From an uncultured Anaerolineales bacterium (GTDB lineage: Bacteria > Chloroflexota > Anaerolineae > Anaerolineales > RBG-16-64-43), in NCBI GenBank assembly GCA_964353865.1, contig CAYGXJ010000120.1, positions 10,112-74,111 on the forward strand: a stretch of DNA of 64,000 nucleotides. Direction: 5' to 3'. The notes beneath the pieces are model-generated. The model did not search any database. It was not told the DNA's origin and worked only from the letters and a program-made list of their open reading frames with translations. How positions within the stretch are numbered: the stretch's first letter is position 1; each line of letters begins with the position of its first letter. Positions 27,134 to 40,189 of the stretch are shown here, piece after piece. The translations under genes and the position numbers were made by a program.

Positions 27134-27142
27134 AGTATAGCA
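27134..27142 (-). promoter_or_regulatory. Extended -10 element (TGCTATACT) upstream of the 19-27 kb operon
   Basis: TGn-TATACT on the minus strand, between the GNAT stop and the first operon ORF. Confidence 0.55.
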
Positions 27143-27194
27143 CAGGATTTTGGGCCATGTGCCCCCGCCGGAGCCGCATCGCTGCGGGCTCGGC

Positions 27195-28157
27195 TCACAA
27201 GCGCAGGCCCCACACCTCGCGCACCTCGTCCCCCCAGCGCGCATGCGCCGGAGCGTCGGCGCGCCGCTCATCATCTGCCCAGGTATGTATCTGGCTGCGG
27301 TCGAGGCGCGCCGCACAGTCTCCGAGCGCGGCCCACATTCGCGGCGAGAGGCGGCCGTCGGGAGTCCAAACGTGGGCCGTGACCGCGCCCGCCGCGAACG
27401 GCATGTCTTCCAAAACCACCCGCGCCCGCTCGCGGCCCGATCGCAGCGCGAGATCGGCGGCCACGAGGGTCCCCGGGGAGCGAGCGTCGTGCGGCGGGCG
27501 CTCGTCCGGGTCGAGGCGATCCCACATCTGTGCGGCCGAGCCGATGCCCCCAAGCGCCATTCCCCACCCGGCGGGAAGGGGCGCCGGCGCGAGCTCACAT
27601 GGATCGCGGTCATACAGAATGTTGCGCAGGTTGGCGTGGACGGTCAGCGCGCGGCAGCGCCGCCAACAGGCCACACCGAAGCGTGAGTAGAAGCCCGGCG
27701 CGGAAGCGTTGCTGACGCTCAACGTCTCGCAGCCACGTTCGCGCGCCCTTTTCATGAGTGACAGCATCAGCGCACTGCCGAGGCCGCGCCCGGTAAGCCC
27801 GCGGCGAGTGTAGAGCACGCTCACGTTGAGGTGCTTACCGAAGGGAGGCGGCTCATCGCCAAAGTAAGCCTCGGCCTCAGCGCACACGGCGCCCTCCAGT
27901 TCGGCCACCAGGGCCACGCGCCAGGGACTTTGCATGTGCGCGAGGTGCCGCCGGCACAGCGCCTCATCCATCCACGGGCCGCCGTTCATCCATCGCTCGA
28001 AGGCAGTCAGCGTCTCGTACTCGGACCAGATGGGCTGGCCGTGTGCATCCCAGCCCTTCCAGGCGATCACATCCGAACGATGGACGAGGCCGATCGCGGC
28101 GGCGTCGTCAGGGCGCGCCGGGCGAACGAAACATTCGCCGGGATGAGTCGCCCTCAT
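27195..28157 (-). CDS. GNAT-family N-acetyltransferase with C-terminal extension
   Basis: Start re-called to the ATG at 28157. VRPARPDDAAAI, VLYTRRGLTGRGLGSALM (motif A) and APGFYSRFG (motif B). Confidence 0.8.
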   Translation of the reverse strand: MRATHPGECFVRPARPDDAAAIGLVHRSDVIAWKGWDAHGQPIWSEYETLTAFERWMNGGPWMDEALCRRHLAHMQSPWRVALVAELEGAVCAEAEAYFGDEPPPFGKHLNVSVLYTRRGLTGRGLGSALMLSLMKRARERGCETLSVSNASAPGFYSRFGVACWRRCRALTVHANLRNILYDRDPCELAPAPLPAGWGMALGGIGSAAQMWDRLDPDERPPHDARSPGTLVAADLALRSGRERARVVLEDMPFAAGAVTAHVWTPDGRLSPRMWAALGDCAARLDRSQIHTWADDERRADAPAHARWGDEVREVWGLRL

Positions 28158-28559
28158 CGGACGCACGCCAGGCGGCCCGCCTGTGTGCTGCCAACCGGCG
28201 GTGTCACCCCTGGCCGCGCAAGATACAAGTCGGGTAATGCCTGCGCGTGTGCAACGCGCGAGCCAGGACGAGGCAGAAATGCGGGCCAACATGCATGCGC
28301 GCCGGGAATTCCCATATTTCAGATACAAATAGAATGACAGCCTTCTCGCATTTTCGTGCCTATCGTCACTCGCCGCATCGCGCGCCCGGCAATACAAATA
28401 CTAGGATGTAGAAGAGGCTGTGCGCGCCATCGCCGCACTCCACGTTGTGCACCTCCGACAGCTTTGCGCCTCCTCAGCCAACAACAGACGGCACAACGCG
28501 GCACGCGCGAGAGGTTGCGGGCACAGCCCTGCGCGCCGCGACACCTGGGAGAAAGGTCC

Positions 28560-32135
<3,576 letters not shown>

Positions 32136-32148
32136 GTCAGCCTTTCAG

Positions 32149-32180
32149 GCGGGGCGCCCCGGCGATCGCGGGCGCCCCGC
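32149..32180. repeat. Perfect GC-rich inverted repeat between nifJ and the DHOD-like gene
   Basis: GCGGGGCGCCC-N10-GGGCGCCCCGC with no U-tract; possibly an mRNA-stabilising hairpin. Confidence 0.5.
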
Positions 32181-32215
32181 TGCACGACCTGCCCATGGTT
32201 CTTAGGAGACCGCCC

Positions 32216-33220
32216 ATGCCCGACCTGACCACCTCATACCTCGGACTGCCGCTCAGGAACCCGTTGGTGGCATCCGCCTCGCCTCTTTCAAAGAAGTTGG
32301 ACCGCGTGCGGCGGCTGGAAGACGCAGGCATTGCCGCCATCGTGCTCTACTCGCTGTTCGAGGAGCAGATCACGCATCAACAACTCGAACTCGATCACTA
32401 TCTGACGCGCGGCACCGAGACGTATGCCGAGGCGCTGACCTACTTCCCCGACCTGGGCCAGTACAACCTTGGGCCGGAAGCCTATCTCGAGTATATCCAG
32501 AAGGTGAAGCAGGCCACGCGCATTCCCATCATCGCCAGCCTGAACGGCATTTCTGCAGGCGGCTGGGTGGATTATGCACGCCGCATTCAGGAGGCGGGGG
32601 CCGATGCGCTCGAACTAAACCTGTACTACCTGCCGACGAGCGTGGATCTCACCGGCGCCGTGCTCGAAGATGATTATGTCAACCTGGTCCGGCGCATTCG
32701 ATCGATCGTTCGCATCCCGCTGGCCGTCAAACTCAGCCCGTTCTTCACTTCAATCCCCAACATGGCGCAGCGCCTGACGGAGTCTGGCGCCAACGGCCTG
32801 GTCCTCTTCAATCGCTTCTACCAGCCCGATCTCGATCTGGAGACGCTGGAGGTGGTGCCCACCCTGGAACTCAGCCGCTCGGCCGAGTTGCGCCTTCCGT
32901 TGCGCTGGGTAGCCATTCTCTACGGGCGAGTCGCGGCGGACCTGGCGATTACTGGCGGCGTGCACTCAGTGCAGGATGTGATCAAGTCTGCGATGGCCGG
33001 CGCGAGCGCCGTGATGATGGCCTCCGAATTCATCGAACACGGCGTGGGGCGCGTCACGCAGATTCTGGGCGACCTGCAGGCCTGGATAGATCAGCGCGAT
33101 TACGCCTCCATCGGCCAGATGAAGGGCAGCATGAGCCAGCGCGCCGTGCGCGAGCCAGCCGCCTTCGAGCGCGCCAACTATATGAAGGCGCTCAGCTCGT
33201 TCGACAATCGCCTGCCGTAG
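32216..33220 (+). CDS. Dihydroorotate dehydrogenase-like flavoprotein (PFOR-associated, catalytic Cys absent)
   Basis: ATG at 32216 after [40 protein letters not shown] (versus ELNxSCP in DHOD), [23 protein letters not shown] and ERANY. Confidence 0.85.
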   Translation: MPDLTTSYLGLPLRNPLVASASPLSKKLDRVRRLEDAGIAAIVLYSLFEEQITHQQLELDHYLTRGTETYAEALTYFPDLGQYNLGPEAYLEYIQKVKQATRIPIIASLNGISAGGWVDYARRIQEAGADALELNLYYLPTSVDLTGAVLEDDYVNLVRRIRSIVRIPLAVKLSPFFTSIPNMAQRLTESGANGLVLFNRFYQPDLDLETLEVVPTLELSRSAELRLPLRWVAILYGRVAADLAITGGVHSVQDVIKSAMAGASAVMMASEFIEHGVGRVTQILGDLQAWIDQRDYASIGQMKGSMSQRAVREPAAFERANYMKALSSFDNRLP

Positions 33221-33263
33221 CGCATCGCGCCGGGCTTCGCTGGCGCGGGAACGACGCCCTTCG

Positions 33264-33550
33264 CCCTACCCCCTGCCCCCTCCCCTCAATGGTCATGGAG
33301 GGGGAGTTCTATTCTCTGGGGAGTGGGGAGTAATGCTCCCCATCCCGCTTCGCGGGACAGGCTTTCAGATGCCCACACTCCTCACGAGTCTGCTGGGGAA
33401 CGGCACAACGCGCATGAGGTGCATTGGCCCGTGTGCAGTAATTGTCGGCGTCCCGGCGTATTCGAAGTGGGGACCCAGGGTCCGTGCTCCGGGGATCTTC
33501 TGGCAGGAATGGGCCGAGTGGATTCCCGCCAGGCTCACGCGGGAATGAGG
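33264..33550. repeat. Mosaic of short palindromes / REP-like units between convergent genes
   Basis: CCCTACCCCCTGCCCCCTCCCCTC...GAGGGGGAG (33264-33306), GGGGAG-N5-CTCCCC, TCCCGC-TTC-GCGGGA, and GGATTCCCGCC-N7-CGCGGGAATGA (about 33520-33548). Confidence 0.5.
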
Positions 33551-33647
33551 ACCTTGTCACACGCGCGCCTACTTCCAAGACACGCGTCGAGCCATGCCGT
33601 GCACTACCTAGCTGAGTTGGGTGAAATGATGTTGCAGGTGCGCCGAA

Positions 33648-34811
33648 TCAGGGAGTGGGGCTCGGCGTTATCGTGGCCGAGAGTTCCGCCGCCAGCCAGC
33701 CCTCGTGTCCCTGCGCGTCTCGCACGAGCACCCACATCCGGCCACTAGCCTCGATCGGCTCTCCTAGGATCTCGATCAGCGCTCCCTCCTCAAGCGAACC
33801 GGTGATATCTCCAGCGGGAGCACCGCGCAGCAAGGCCCCCTGCCCGTCGGTGTGCCACACGATGGCCATGACCGGAACCGAGGTCGGCGTCGGCGTCGAG
33901 GTTGGCACGGGAGTGAGGCTGGGCGCCACCGTTGCCGAGGCAGGCGGCGGTGAGGTCGACGATGGCGTGGGGCTCGGAGTTGCGCTCGCCGTCGCCGTGG
34001 GCGTGAGCGTGGGGACGAAGACAAAACCGGACGGCCCCTGACGCGATAGCAGCACAAATGCGAGCAGTACCATGCCGGCCGCCGCGAGCCCGGCCACAGC
34101 CGGCCCCCAGGCGCCGAGAACCGCCCCGAGCGCGGGCCGGATGCCGAGTACCAGGTAGACAAGCATGCCGGCGACAAATGCAATCGAGGCATAGACCAAC
34201 ACCACCTCGAGTGCGGCCGCGGCTTCTCGCAATTCGCCGCTACCCAGACTCCACCCGGCTGTAGCCGTCGGCACGAGAAGCAGAAACGAAAGAGCGGCAC
34301 TGGGCAGGCGCGCCTCGCTTGGGGCGCGTGCCAGGCGCAATGCCAGCCAGGCCGAAGCAGCCGCGGCCAACACTACTTCCACCCAACCGGCCACCACACT
34401 CGAGGCAAGCGGCGCAGCAGGCACGACACGCACAAGGTTGGCCAGCCAGCCGCCGAGGGCGGTCACCGCCAGCACAAGCACCCAGCCGATGAGCAAGCCC
34501 GCCAGATTGCGCAGCGCGTGACGCACGGAGCCCGCGGCGGCGCCCAGTGAAAGACCGGGCAACGGCGAGAGCAGAGGAGCAGCCAGTGCCGCCGTGACTT
34601 GCAGCGCCGGCGAGCGGAGCCCATACGCCAGCACCATCAGCCCCGCGGCAGCCAACATGAAGAGGAAGAAATCGAACGTCGGAATGGCGCGCCCGGCCAG
34701 GCCACCGAACAGGCGGGCCTTCTCTTCGTCGTGCAGAGCTTCCCACCAGGCGTGGGTACGTCGGCGAACGGGGGTCTCGTCCTCGGAGGATATCGGCATG
34801 AGCGGAGCCAT
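33648..34811 (-). CDS. DUF389-like membrane protein fused to a Pro/Thr linker and a bacterial SH3-like domain
   Basis: Multi-TM region with ALAAPLLSPLPGLSLG, a PT-rich linker, then LLRGAPAG...LEEGALIEIL...WVLVRDAQGHEGWLA. Confidence 0.72.
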   Translation of the reverse strand: MAPLMPISSEDETPVRRRTHAWWEALHDEEKARLFGGLAGRAIPTFDFFLFMLAAAGLMVLAYGLRSPALQVTAALAAPLLSPLPGLSLGAAAGSVRHALRNLAGLLIGWVLVLAVTALGGWLANLVRVVPAAPLASSVVAGWVEVVLAAAASAWLALRLARAPSEARLPSAALSFLLLVPTATAGWSLGSGELREAAAALEVVLVYASIAFVAGMLVYLVLGIRPALGAVLGAWGPAVAGLAAAGMVLLAFVLLSRQGPSGFVFVPTLTPTATASATPSPTPSSTSPPPASATVAPSLTPVPTSTPTPTSVPVMAIVWHTDGQGALLRGAPAGDITGSLEEGALIEILGEPIEASGRMWVLVRDAQGHEGWLAAELSATITPSPTP

Positions 34812-34817
34812 GATCGG

Positions 34818-35291
34818 TCACTCCCTGAGCGTGGCAACCAGACGCATCGGGTGGAGCAGCAGATCGAGGGCGGCCGAGATGCTGGGTGCCACCACATCCG
34901 CCGCCGCGAGGCTGGCTGCGGCCAACCCCTCCGGCGACACGACGGCAATGCCCAACCCTGCGGCGCGCAACATGGCGGCGTCGTTCGCCCCCTGGCCGAT
35001 CGACACGACGCGCTGCGCGCCGAGGGCAGTCACGAAATCTGCCTTCTGTTGAGCTTCACCGCCTGGCTGTAGGCGCACGGCGGTCAGGCTCAGCACCTGA
35101 TCGATCTCAGCCTGGCGTCCAAACGTGTCGGCCGTCAGTAAGTGGATGGTCAGCCGGCCGCGCAATTCAGCGAGTTGCCGAGGCACCCCGTGGATGAGCT
35201 GGCCATCCACCGCCAGCGTACCGTTGACGTCGAGCACCAGGTGCTCGAAGCGCAGTGGGCCGCGACCAGGAATGTTGACTTCGACTGCCAT
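34818..35291 (-). CDS. HAD-superfamily soluble P-type ATPase-like protein
   Basis: Start re-called to the ATG at 35291 (GGAG). LVLDVNGTLAVDG, LTADTFG, KADFV and IGQGANDAAML. Confidence 0.85.
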   Translation of the reverse strand: MAVEVNIPGRGPLRFEHLVLDVNGTLAVDGQLIHGVPRQLAELRGRLTIHLLTADTFGRQAEIDQVLSLTAVRLQPGGEAQQKADFVTALGAQRVVSIGQGANDAAMLRAAGLGIAVVSPEGLAAASLAAADVVAPSISAALDLLLHPMRLVATLRE

Positions 35292-35309
35292 CGCACTCTC
35301 CGCTCGGCG

Positions 35310-35346
35310 ATTATAGCCCAGAGACCAATGCCCAGGGGTGTATAAT
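35310..35346. promoter_or_regulatory. Back-to-back divergent -10 hexamers
   Basis: TATAAT on the minus strand at 35310-35315 and TATAAT on the plus strand at 35341-35346, 25 nt apart. Confidence 0.55.
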
Positions 35347-35352
35347 GACCGC

Positions 35353-35772
35353 ATGACGGAGTCGATGGATCGCCTCGATACAACCCAGGCCAAGCGCGTG
35401 CAGCGCGGGTTGATCCTTGTCGGCGCGCTGGCCGTACTGATCGTGGCCGGTTTGGCAGTGGGCCTGTTCTTCCTTTCGCAGAACGAAGCCGCCACGCGGA
35501 CCGTGCGCGATCTCTTCATTATCGTCTTGGCGCTTGAATTCATGGTGCTGGGCATTGCGCTGGTGGTGCTGCTGGTACAACTTTCGCGGTTGATCCTCTT
35601 GCTGCAAATGGAAATCCGCCCGATGCTCGAAAGTGCGAGTGAGGCTCTCAACACCGTGCGCGGAACCACCGATTTTCTGAGCGAGAACCTCATCCAGCCG
35701 GTGATTCAGCTCAACAGCTCGCTGGCCGGCATGCGCAAGCTGTTGGAGATGTTCAGACTGTTGCGCCCATAG
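35353..35772 (+). CDS. Hypothetical membrane protein (two TM segments plus a coiled/amphipathic C-terminus)
   Basis: ATG 6 nt after TATAAT. Two hydrophobic segments and VRGTTDFLSENLIQPVI. Directly precedes a YtxH-like gene. Confidence 0.7.
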   Translation: MTESMDRLDTTQAKRVQRGLILVGALAVLIVAGLAVGLFFLSQNEAATRTVRDLFIIVLALEFMVLGIALVVLLVQLSRLILLLQMEIRPMLESASEALNTVRGTTDFLSENLIQPVIQLNSSLAGMRKLLEMFRLLRP

Positions 35773-35836
35773 TCCCGGTCGGCCCGGGGGGCCGTCCACC
35801 GTACGCACTTCCCCACGTGAGTGAAAGGAGTCGAGC

Positions 35837-36136
35837 ATGTCGGAACGCGATAGCGATCTGGGGGCCTTCCTAGCAGGCATATTGGTTGGCGGCCTGGTCG
35901 GCGCCACCGCGGCGTTGCTCATGGCACCACAGAGCGGGGAGGAAACACGCACGATGATTCGCGAGCGCGGCATCGAGCTCAAGTCGCGGCTCGAACAAGC
36001 GGCCGCCGACGCGAAGGATCGCGCCGAAGATGTGATTGAAGAAGGCAAGCAGCGTGTCGACAGCGCGGTCGATGCGGCTCGCCGCGCGACGCGCCGCCGA
36101 CGCCCGGATGCAGAAAGCGGGACGGTGGTGGAATAG
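35837..36136 (+). CDS. YtxH-domain protein
   Basis: FLAGILVGGLVGATAALLMAPQSGEETR signature; RBS AAGGAG. Confidence 0.88.
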   Translation: MSERDSDLGAFLAGILVGGLVGATAALLMAPQSGEETRTMIRERGIELKSRLEQAAADAKDRAEDVIEEGKQRVDSAVDAARRATRRRRPDAESGTVVE

Positions 36137-36470
36137 GTCCCCCTGCGAAGCAAACAAGCGAACATTGGCAAATGACGGCGGGCACCCGGTCGTTTGGGTG
36201 CCCGCAAACATTTGTCTGAGATATGGCTTTGCCCTTCAAGGGAGCTGCCGGACCATAACGAGTGGACGATGTGACCGCGGTTGGGTTCCGCAGTTCACGC
36301 AGCGGCTCCGATTTGCCGCGAGCTCACCGCGATTGTAGACCTTCGATGAGGCCGGGTGCCATCTGCCCACACGCACAGTCTGAGCACAGGCGGATGTTCA
36401 CCACAGGGCTCTCGGCACGGAGGAGGCTCACAGCAGGCGCTGCATCAGGTGAGTGAGTTGGCGGCAGAGG

Positions 36471-37727
36471 ATGACTCCCAAACGCATTGTTCTGATCACA
36501 TATGGTTCGCGGGGCGACGTTGAACCGTTCGTAGCCCTGGGGGCAGGGCTCACTCGCGCCGGGTACGCCGTGCGCCTCGCGGCGCCGCAAGTCTTCGCCG
36601 GATTGGCCCAGCCTCACGGGGTCCAATTGGATGGGCTGCCAGGCGACCCGGGGCAATTGGCCCTCAGCCTGACCGATCGAGCGGGCACCAGCTTCCCGCG
36701 CCAGGTCGCGCGCATGGTGGAGCACGTCTTTCCGCTCGCCGAGGCAGTCTTCACCGCGCTGGAGGCCGCGACAACCGATGCGAGCCTAGTGATCCACTCG
36801 TTTCTCATGGTCGATGCCGGGCACACCCTGGCGCGCCGCCGCGGGATTCCGGACATCTCCGCCCAGTTCTTCCCCGTATTCGCTGCGACGTCCGCCTTCC
36901 CCGGAGTCGGTCATCCGGATCTTCCGCTTGGTCCCTTGTACCGGCGCGCAACGCACGGCCTGAACAACATCGTCTTTCGGTTCGGCGCCCGGCTGCTGTA
37001 CTCACGCTTGCGTGCGGCCCATCCCCATTTGCCACCGCTCGAAGCATGGCCCTTCTCCGGGCCGGTCGCAGCGCGCAGCCCTTTGCTCTTCGCCTTCAGC
37101 GAGCTCGTTCTCCCGCGCCCGTCCGATTGGCCGGCCAATGTCCACCCCACCGGCTACTGGCCCCTCCCCGCTCCAGCTGGATGGGCGCCGCCCCCCGCCT
37201 TGGCTCGATTCCTGGAGGCCTCTCCCGCCCCGGTCTACCTCGGTTTCGGCAGCATGCGCAGCCGGAAGATGCCTGTCTTCCTGCAAGCCGCGGTGGAGGC
37301 ATTGACCTCGGCTGGCTTGCGCGGCGTGATTGATGCCTCGCCGACGTCTCTGGCCGGGATCCCATTGCCCGACAGCATCCGCGCCGTCCAAGGTGTGCCG
37401 CATGCCTGGCTCTTCCCCCGTATGCGGCTCATTCTGCACCATGGCGGGGCAGGCACAACCGGGGCCGCACTGCGAGCCGGCGTCCCTTCGGCGGTGCTTC
37501 CCTTCTGGGCCGATCACTTCTTGTGGGCTCGGCAAACGCATGCCCTGGGCGTGGGCCCCGCCCCTCTGCCCGCCTCACGCATTACCCCACGCCGGCTGCG
37601 AGCGGTGCTGGATCACGCCGAAAGCGACCCTGCAATTCGCACTCGCGCCTCGGAATTCGGCAACCGCCTGCGGCGCGAAGACGGGGTGGAAGCCGCCGTC
37701 GATATCATCCGCGCAATCCTTCGCTGA
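36471..37727 (+). CDS. GT1-family glycosyltransferase (sterol glucosyltransferase-like)
   Basis: [41 protein letters not shown] and FWADHFLW. Start taken at the ATG at 36471. Confidence 0.88.
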   Translation: MTPKRIVLITYGSRGDVEPFVALGAGLTRAGYAVRLAAPQVFAGLAQPHGVQLDGLPGDPGQLALSLTDRAGTSFPRQVARMVEHVFPLAEAVFTALEAATTDASLVIHSFLMVDAGHTLARRRGIPDISAQFFPVFAATSAFPGVGHPDLPLGPLYRRATHGLNNIVFRFGARLLYSRLRAAHPHLPPLEAWPFSGPVAARSPLLFAFSELVLPRPSDWPANVHPTGYWPLPAPAGWAPPPALARFLEASPAPVYLGFGSMRSRKMPVFLQAAVEALTSAGLRGVIDASPTSLAGIPLPDSIRAVQGVPHAWLFPRMRLILHHGGAGTTGAALRAGVPSAVLPFWADHFLWARQTHALGVGPAPLPASRITPRRLRAVLDHAESDPAIRTRASEFGNRLRREDGVEAAVDIIRAILR

Positions 37728-37854
37728 AATCATGAAATGCTGCGCCTGCACAAGGCGCAGTTTGTGGCCCGATGGCCTCGGCAACCATGGTGCGCCCCGC
37801 GACTCCATCACCTCCCGCTACGACAAATCGAATCGCTCACCTGCGGGTCTACGG

Positions 37855-37860
37855 TATAAT
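37855..37860 (+). promoter_or_regulatory. Candidate -10 (TATAAT) for the pgm-tatD-polyprenyl synthase unit
   Basis: Exact TATAAT about 57 nt before the GTG start; no clear -35. Confidence 0.4.
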
Positions 37861-37917
37861 CTTTGCGAGCAACAGCCAGGTGCGCGTAGGCCTGGCTGCG
37901 CGCTAAGGATGCGAAGC

Positions 37918-39351
37918 GTGGGCGGCGACCCGATCCATTTTGGCACCGACGGCTGGCGCGGCAGAATCGCCGAAGACTTCACCTTCGCCAACGTACGCCG
38001 CTGCACCCAGGGCTTCGCAGAATTCCTTCTGCAGCACAGCCCTGCCGGTCGGGCAGTGGTGGTCGGCTACGATCGACGCTTTGCTTCCGAGCACTTTGCC
38101 GCCGCGGCGGCCGAAGTCCTGGCCGGCAACGGACTGCGGGTCCAACTGACAGACCGCGAGACGCCCACCCCGGTCATCGCCTACGCGGTCAAGCAGTTGT
38201 CGGCCGCTGGCGCCATCAACATCACCGCCTCGCACAACCCGGCCAGCGACAATGGATTCAAGGTACGCGACGAGCACGCGGGCGCGGTCGCGCCGGAGGG
38301 CCTCAAGCGCATTGAGGCCGCCATCCCGGCAGATGAAAGCAGCGTGCGCCGCATGCCGCTCGAGCGCGCCGTGCGCGAGGGGCTGGTGGAACGCTTCGAC
38401 GCGCGCCCGGCCTACTTGGAGCAGGTGCGACGCATGGTGGATCTGGAACCCATCCGCCGTGCAGGGCTCAAGGTGGTCTTTGATCCGATGTGGGGCAACG
38501 GCGCCGGCTGGATTCCGGAACTGCTGGCTGGCGGCAAAACGGAGGTGGTCGAGATCCACTCGGCGCGCAACCCGCTGTTCCCCGAGATGCTGCGTCCCGA
38601 ACCGATCCGGCCCAACGTGGACGTGGGTCTGCAGACGGTCGTGCGCGAACGCGCTGATGCGCTGTTAATCACCGACGGCGACGCCGACCGGGTGGGCTTC
38701 GGCGACGAGCACGGCAACTTCATCAACCAGCTCCAGGTTTACGGGCTGCTGGCGCTCTATTTGCTCGAGGTGCGCGGCCAACGCGGCCCGATCGTCAAGA
38801 CACTTTCCACGACCTCGATGCTCGAGAGGCTGGGCGAACGCTATCACGTGCCCGTTTTTCAAACCGGGGTCGGGTTCAAGTACGTCGCACCCAAGATGAT
38901 CGAGACCGATGCGATGATCGGCGGCGAGGAATCGGGGGGCTTCGCCTTCCGCGGACATGTCCCCGAACGGGATGGGATTCTGGCCGGGTTGTTCCTGCTG
39001 GACATGATGGTACAGCTCCAGCGCCGGCCGTCGGAGCTCCTGGCCTTTCTTTTCGAGCAGGTGGGCGCCGAGTACTTCTACGACCGCATAGACCGGCCGA
39101 TGTCACTCGCCGATCGCGATACGGCGCGTGCACGTGTGGCACAGGCCGCGCCTGACATCCTGGGCGGCCTGCTCGTGACCGGCCGCGACGCGAGCGACGG
39201 GTTCAAGTATTCACTCGACGACGGCGGCTGGCTGTTGGTACGCTTCTCGGGGACCGAGCCGATCGTGCGTGTGTATTGCGAAACGCGCCGCAAGGACCGC
39301 GTGGCGGCGCTGCTCGAGGACGGATTGCGGCTTGTCGGCCTGCCCGCCTGA
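37918..39351 (+). CDS. Phosphoglucomutase/phosphomannomutase family protein
   Basis: [15 protein letters not shown] (phosphoserine), [12 protein letters not shown] and GGEESG. GTG start after AAGGA; the ATG at 37909 is an alternative. Confidence 0.93.
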   Translation: MGGDPIHFGTDGWRGRIAEDFTFANVRRCTQGFAEFLLQHSPAGRAVVVGYDRRFASEHFAAAAAEVLAGNGLRVQLTDRETPTPVIAYAVKQLSAAGAINITASHNPASDNGFKVRDEHAGAVAPEGLKRIEAAIPADESSVRRMPLERAVREGLVERFDARPAYLEQVRRMVDLEPIRRAGLKVVFDPMWGNGAGWIPELLAGGKTEVVEIHSARNPLFPEMLRPEPIRPNVDVGLQTVVRERADALLITDGDADRVGFGDEHGNFINQLQVYGLLALYLLEVRGQRGPIVKTLSTTSMLERLGERYHVPVFQTGVGFKYVAPKMIETDAMIGGEESGGFAFRGHVPERDGILAGLFLLDMMVQLQRRPSELLAFLFEQVGAEYFYDRIDRPMSLADRDTARARVAQAAPDILGGLLVTGRDASDGFKYSLDDGGWLLVRFSGTEPIVRVYCETRRKDRVAALLEDGLRLVGLPA

Positions 39352-39373
39352 CGCGCGGCGAGAGAGGCGTGCC

Positions 39374-40189
39374 GTGGCCCCGCCCGAGCCAGGCCATGCG
39401 GGGCTGACCGACACCCACTGCCACCTGCAGGCTGCCGCTTTCGATGGCGATCGGAAGGCGGTCATCGAGCGGGCCCGCGCCGCGGGCATTACGCGCATGC
39501 TTGTGCCGGGGACCGACCTCGAGTCGAGCGCGCAAGCGGTGAGGCTTGCGGGCGAGGTCGAGGAGGTGAGGGCCGCGGTGGGTGTGCATCCACATGCGGC
39601 CAAGACGTGGAATTCGCACGCCGAACGCATGCTGCGCGAGCTGGCCGGGCAGGCGGGAGTGGTGGCCATCGGCGAGATCGGCCTCGACTACTATCGCATG
39701 CACTCACCACGCGACGCCCAACGCGAAGCTTTTAGGGCCCAGCTCGAATTGGCCGGCGAGCTGCAGCTCCCAGTGATCGTGCACATTCGCGAGGCGCTCG
39801 AGGATGCGCTGGAGACACTCAGCGATTGGAGCGCAGCGGTGCGCGGCGAACCGCAGCGAGGTGTCCTGCACGCGTTTGGGGGTGAGGCTGCAACGGCAGC
39901 CTGGGCCACGGCGCGCGGATGGTGCCTCGGCATCGGCGGGGTAATTACCTACGCCGCCTCCGCCCCATTGCGCGAGATGGTGCCGGACGAGGCGCTGATG
40001 GGCAGCATCGTGCTCGAAACCGACGCGCCCTATTTGCCGCCTGAGGGATGGCGCGGTCGGCGCAATGAGCCGGCGCTCGTCGCGCGGGTGGCCAACCGCC
40101 TGGCGGCAGCGAGTGGAATGGATATCGAGCGGGTGATCGAGCTCACTCGAAGCACCGCGCAGTCATTGTTGAGGTGGGAACCGGCGTGA
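39374..40189 (+). CDS. tatD: TatD-family hydrolase
   Basis: DTHCHL, VGVHPH, IGEIGLDY, VHIREA, VLHAF and LETDAPYL...RNEP. Confidence 0.92.
   Translation: MAPPEPGHAGLTDTHCHLQAAAFDGDRKAVIERARAAGITRMLVPGTDLESSAQAVRLAGEVEEVRAAVGVHPHAAKTWNSHAERMLRELAGQAGVVAIGEIGLDYYRMHSPRDAQREAFRAQLELAGELQLPVIVHIREALEDALETLSDWSAAVRGEPQRGVLHAFGGEAATAAWATARGWCLGIGGVITYAASAPLREMVPDEALMGSIVLETDAPYLPPEGWRGRRNEPALVARVANRLAAASGMDIERVIELTRSTAQSLLRWEPA

Noticed and set aside
28160-28559. Known redox-regulator site (Rex or Fnr/Crp) upstream of nifJ
   Set aside because: The region has AT-rich patches, but I found no convincing match to either consensus by eye.
32216-33220. Annotating the gene as pyrD
   Set aside because: The catalytic Cys loop is replaced (NLYYLP) and no pyr genes are nearby.
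33225-33645. CRISPR array or IS element in the palindrome-rich gap (also 11560-11810)
   Set aside because: There are no regularly spaced direct repeats with unique spacers, no transposase, and no cas genes.
36140-36470. Riboswitch or small gene in the gaps upstream of the GT1 gene and at 57605-57980
   Set aside because: No recognisable aptamer core or credible ORF. An Rfam scan would be needed to exclude one fully.
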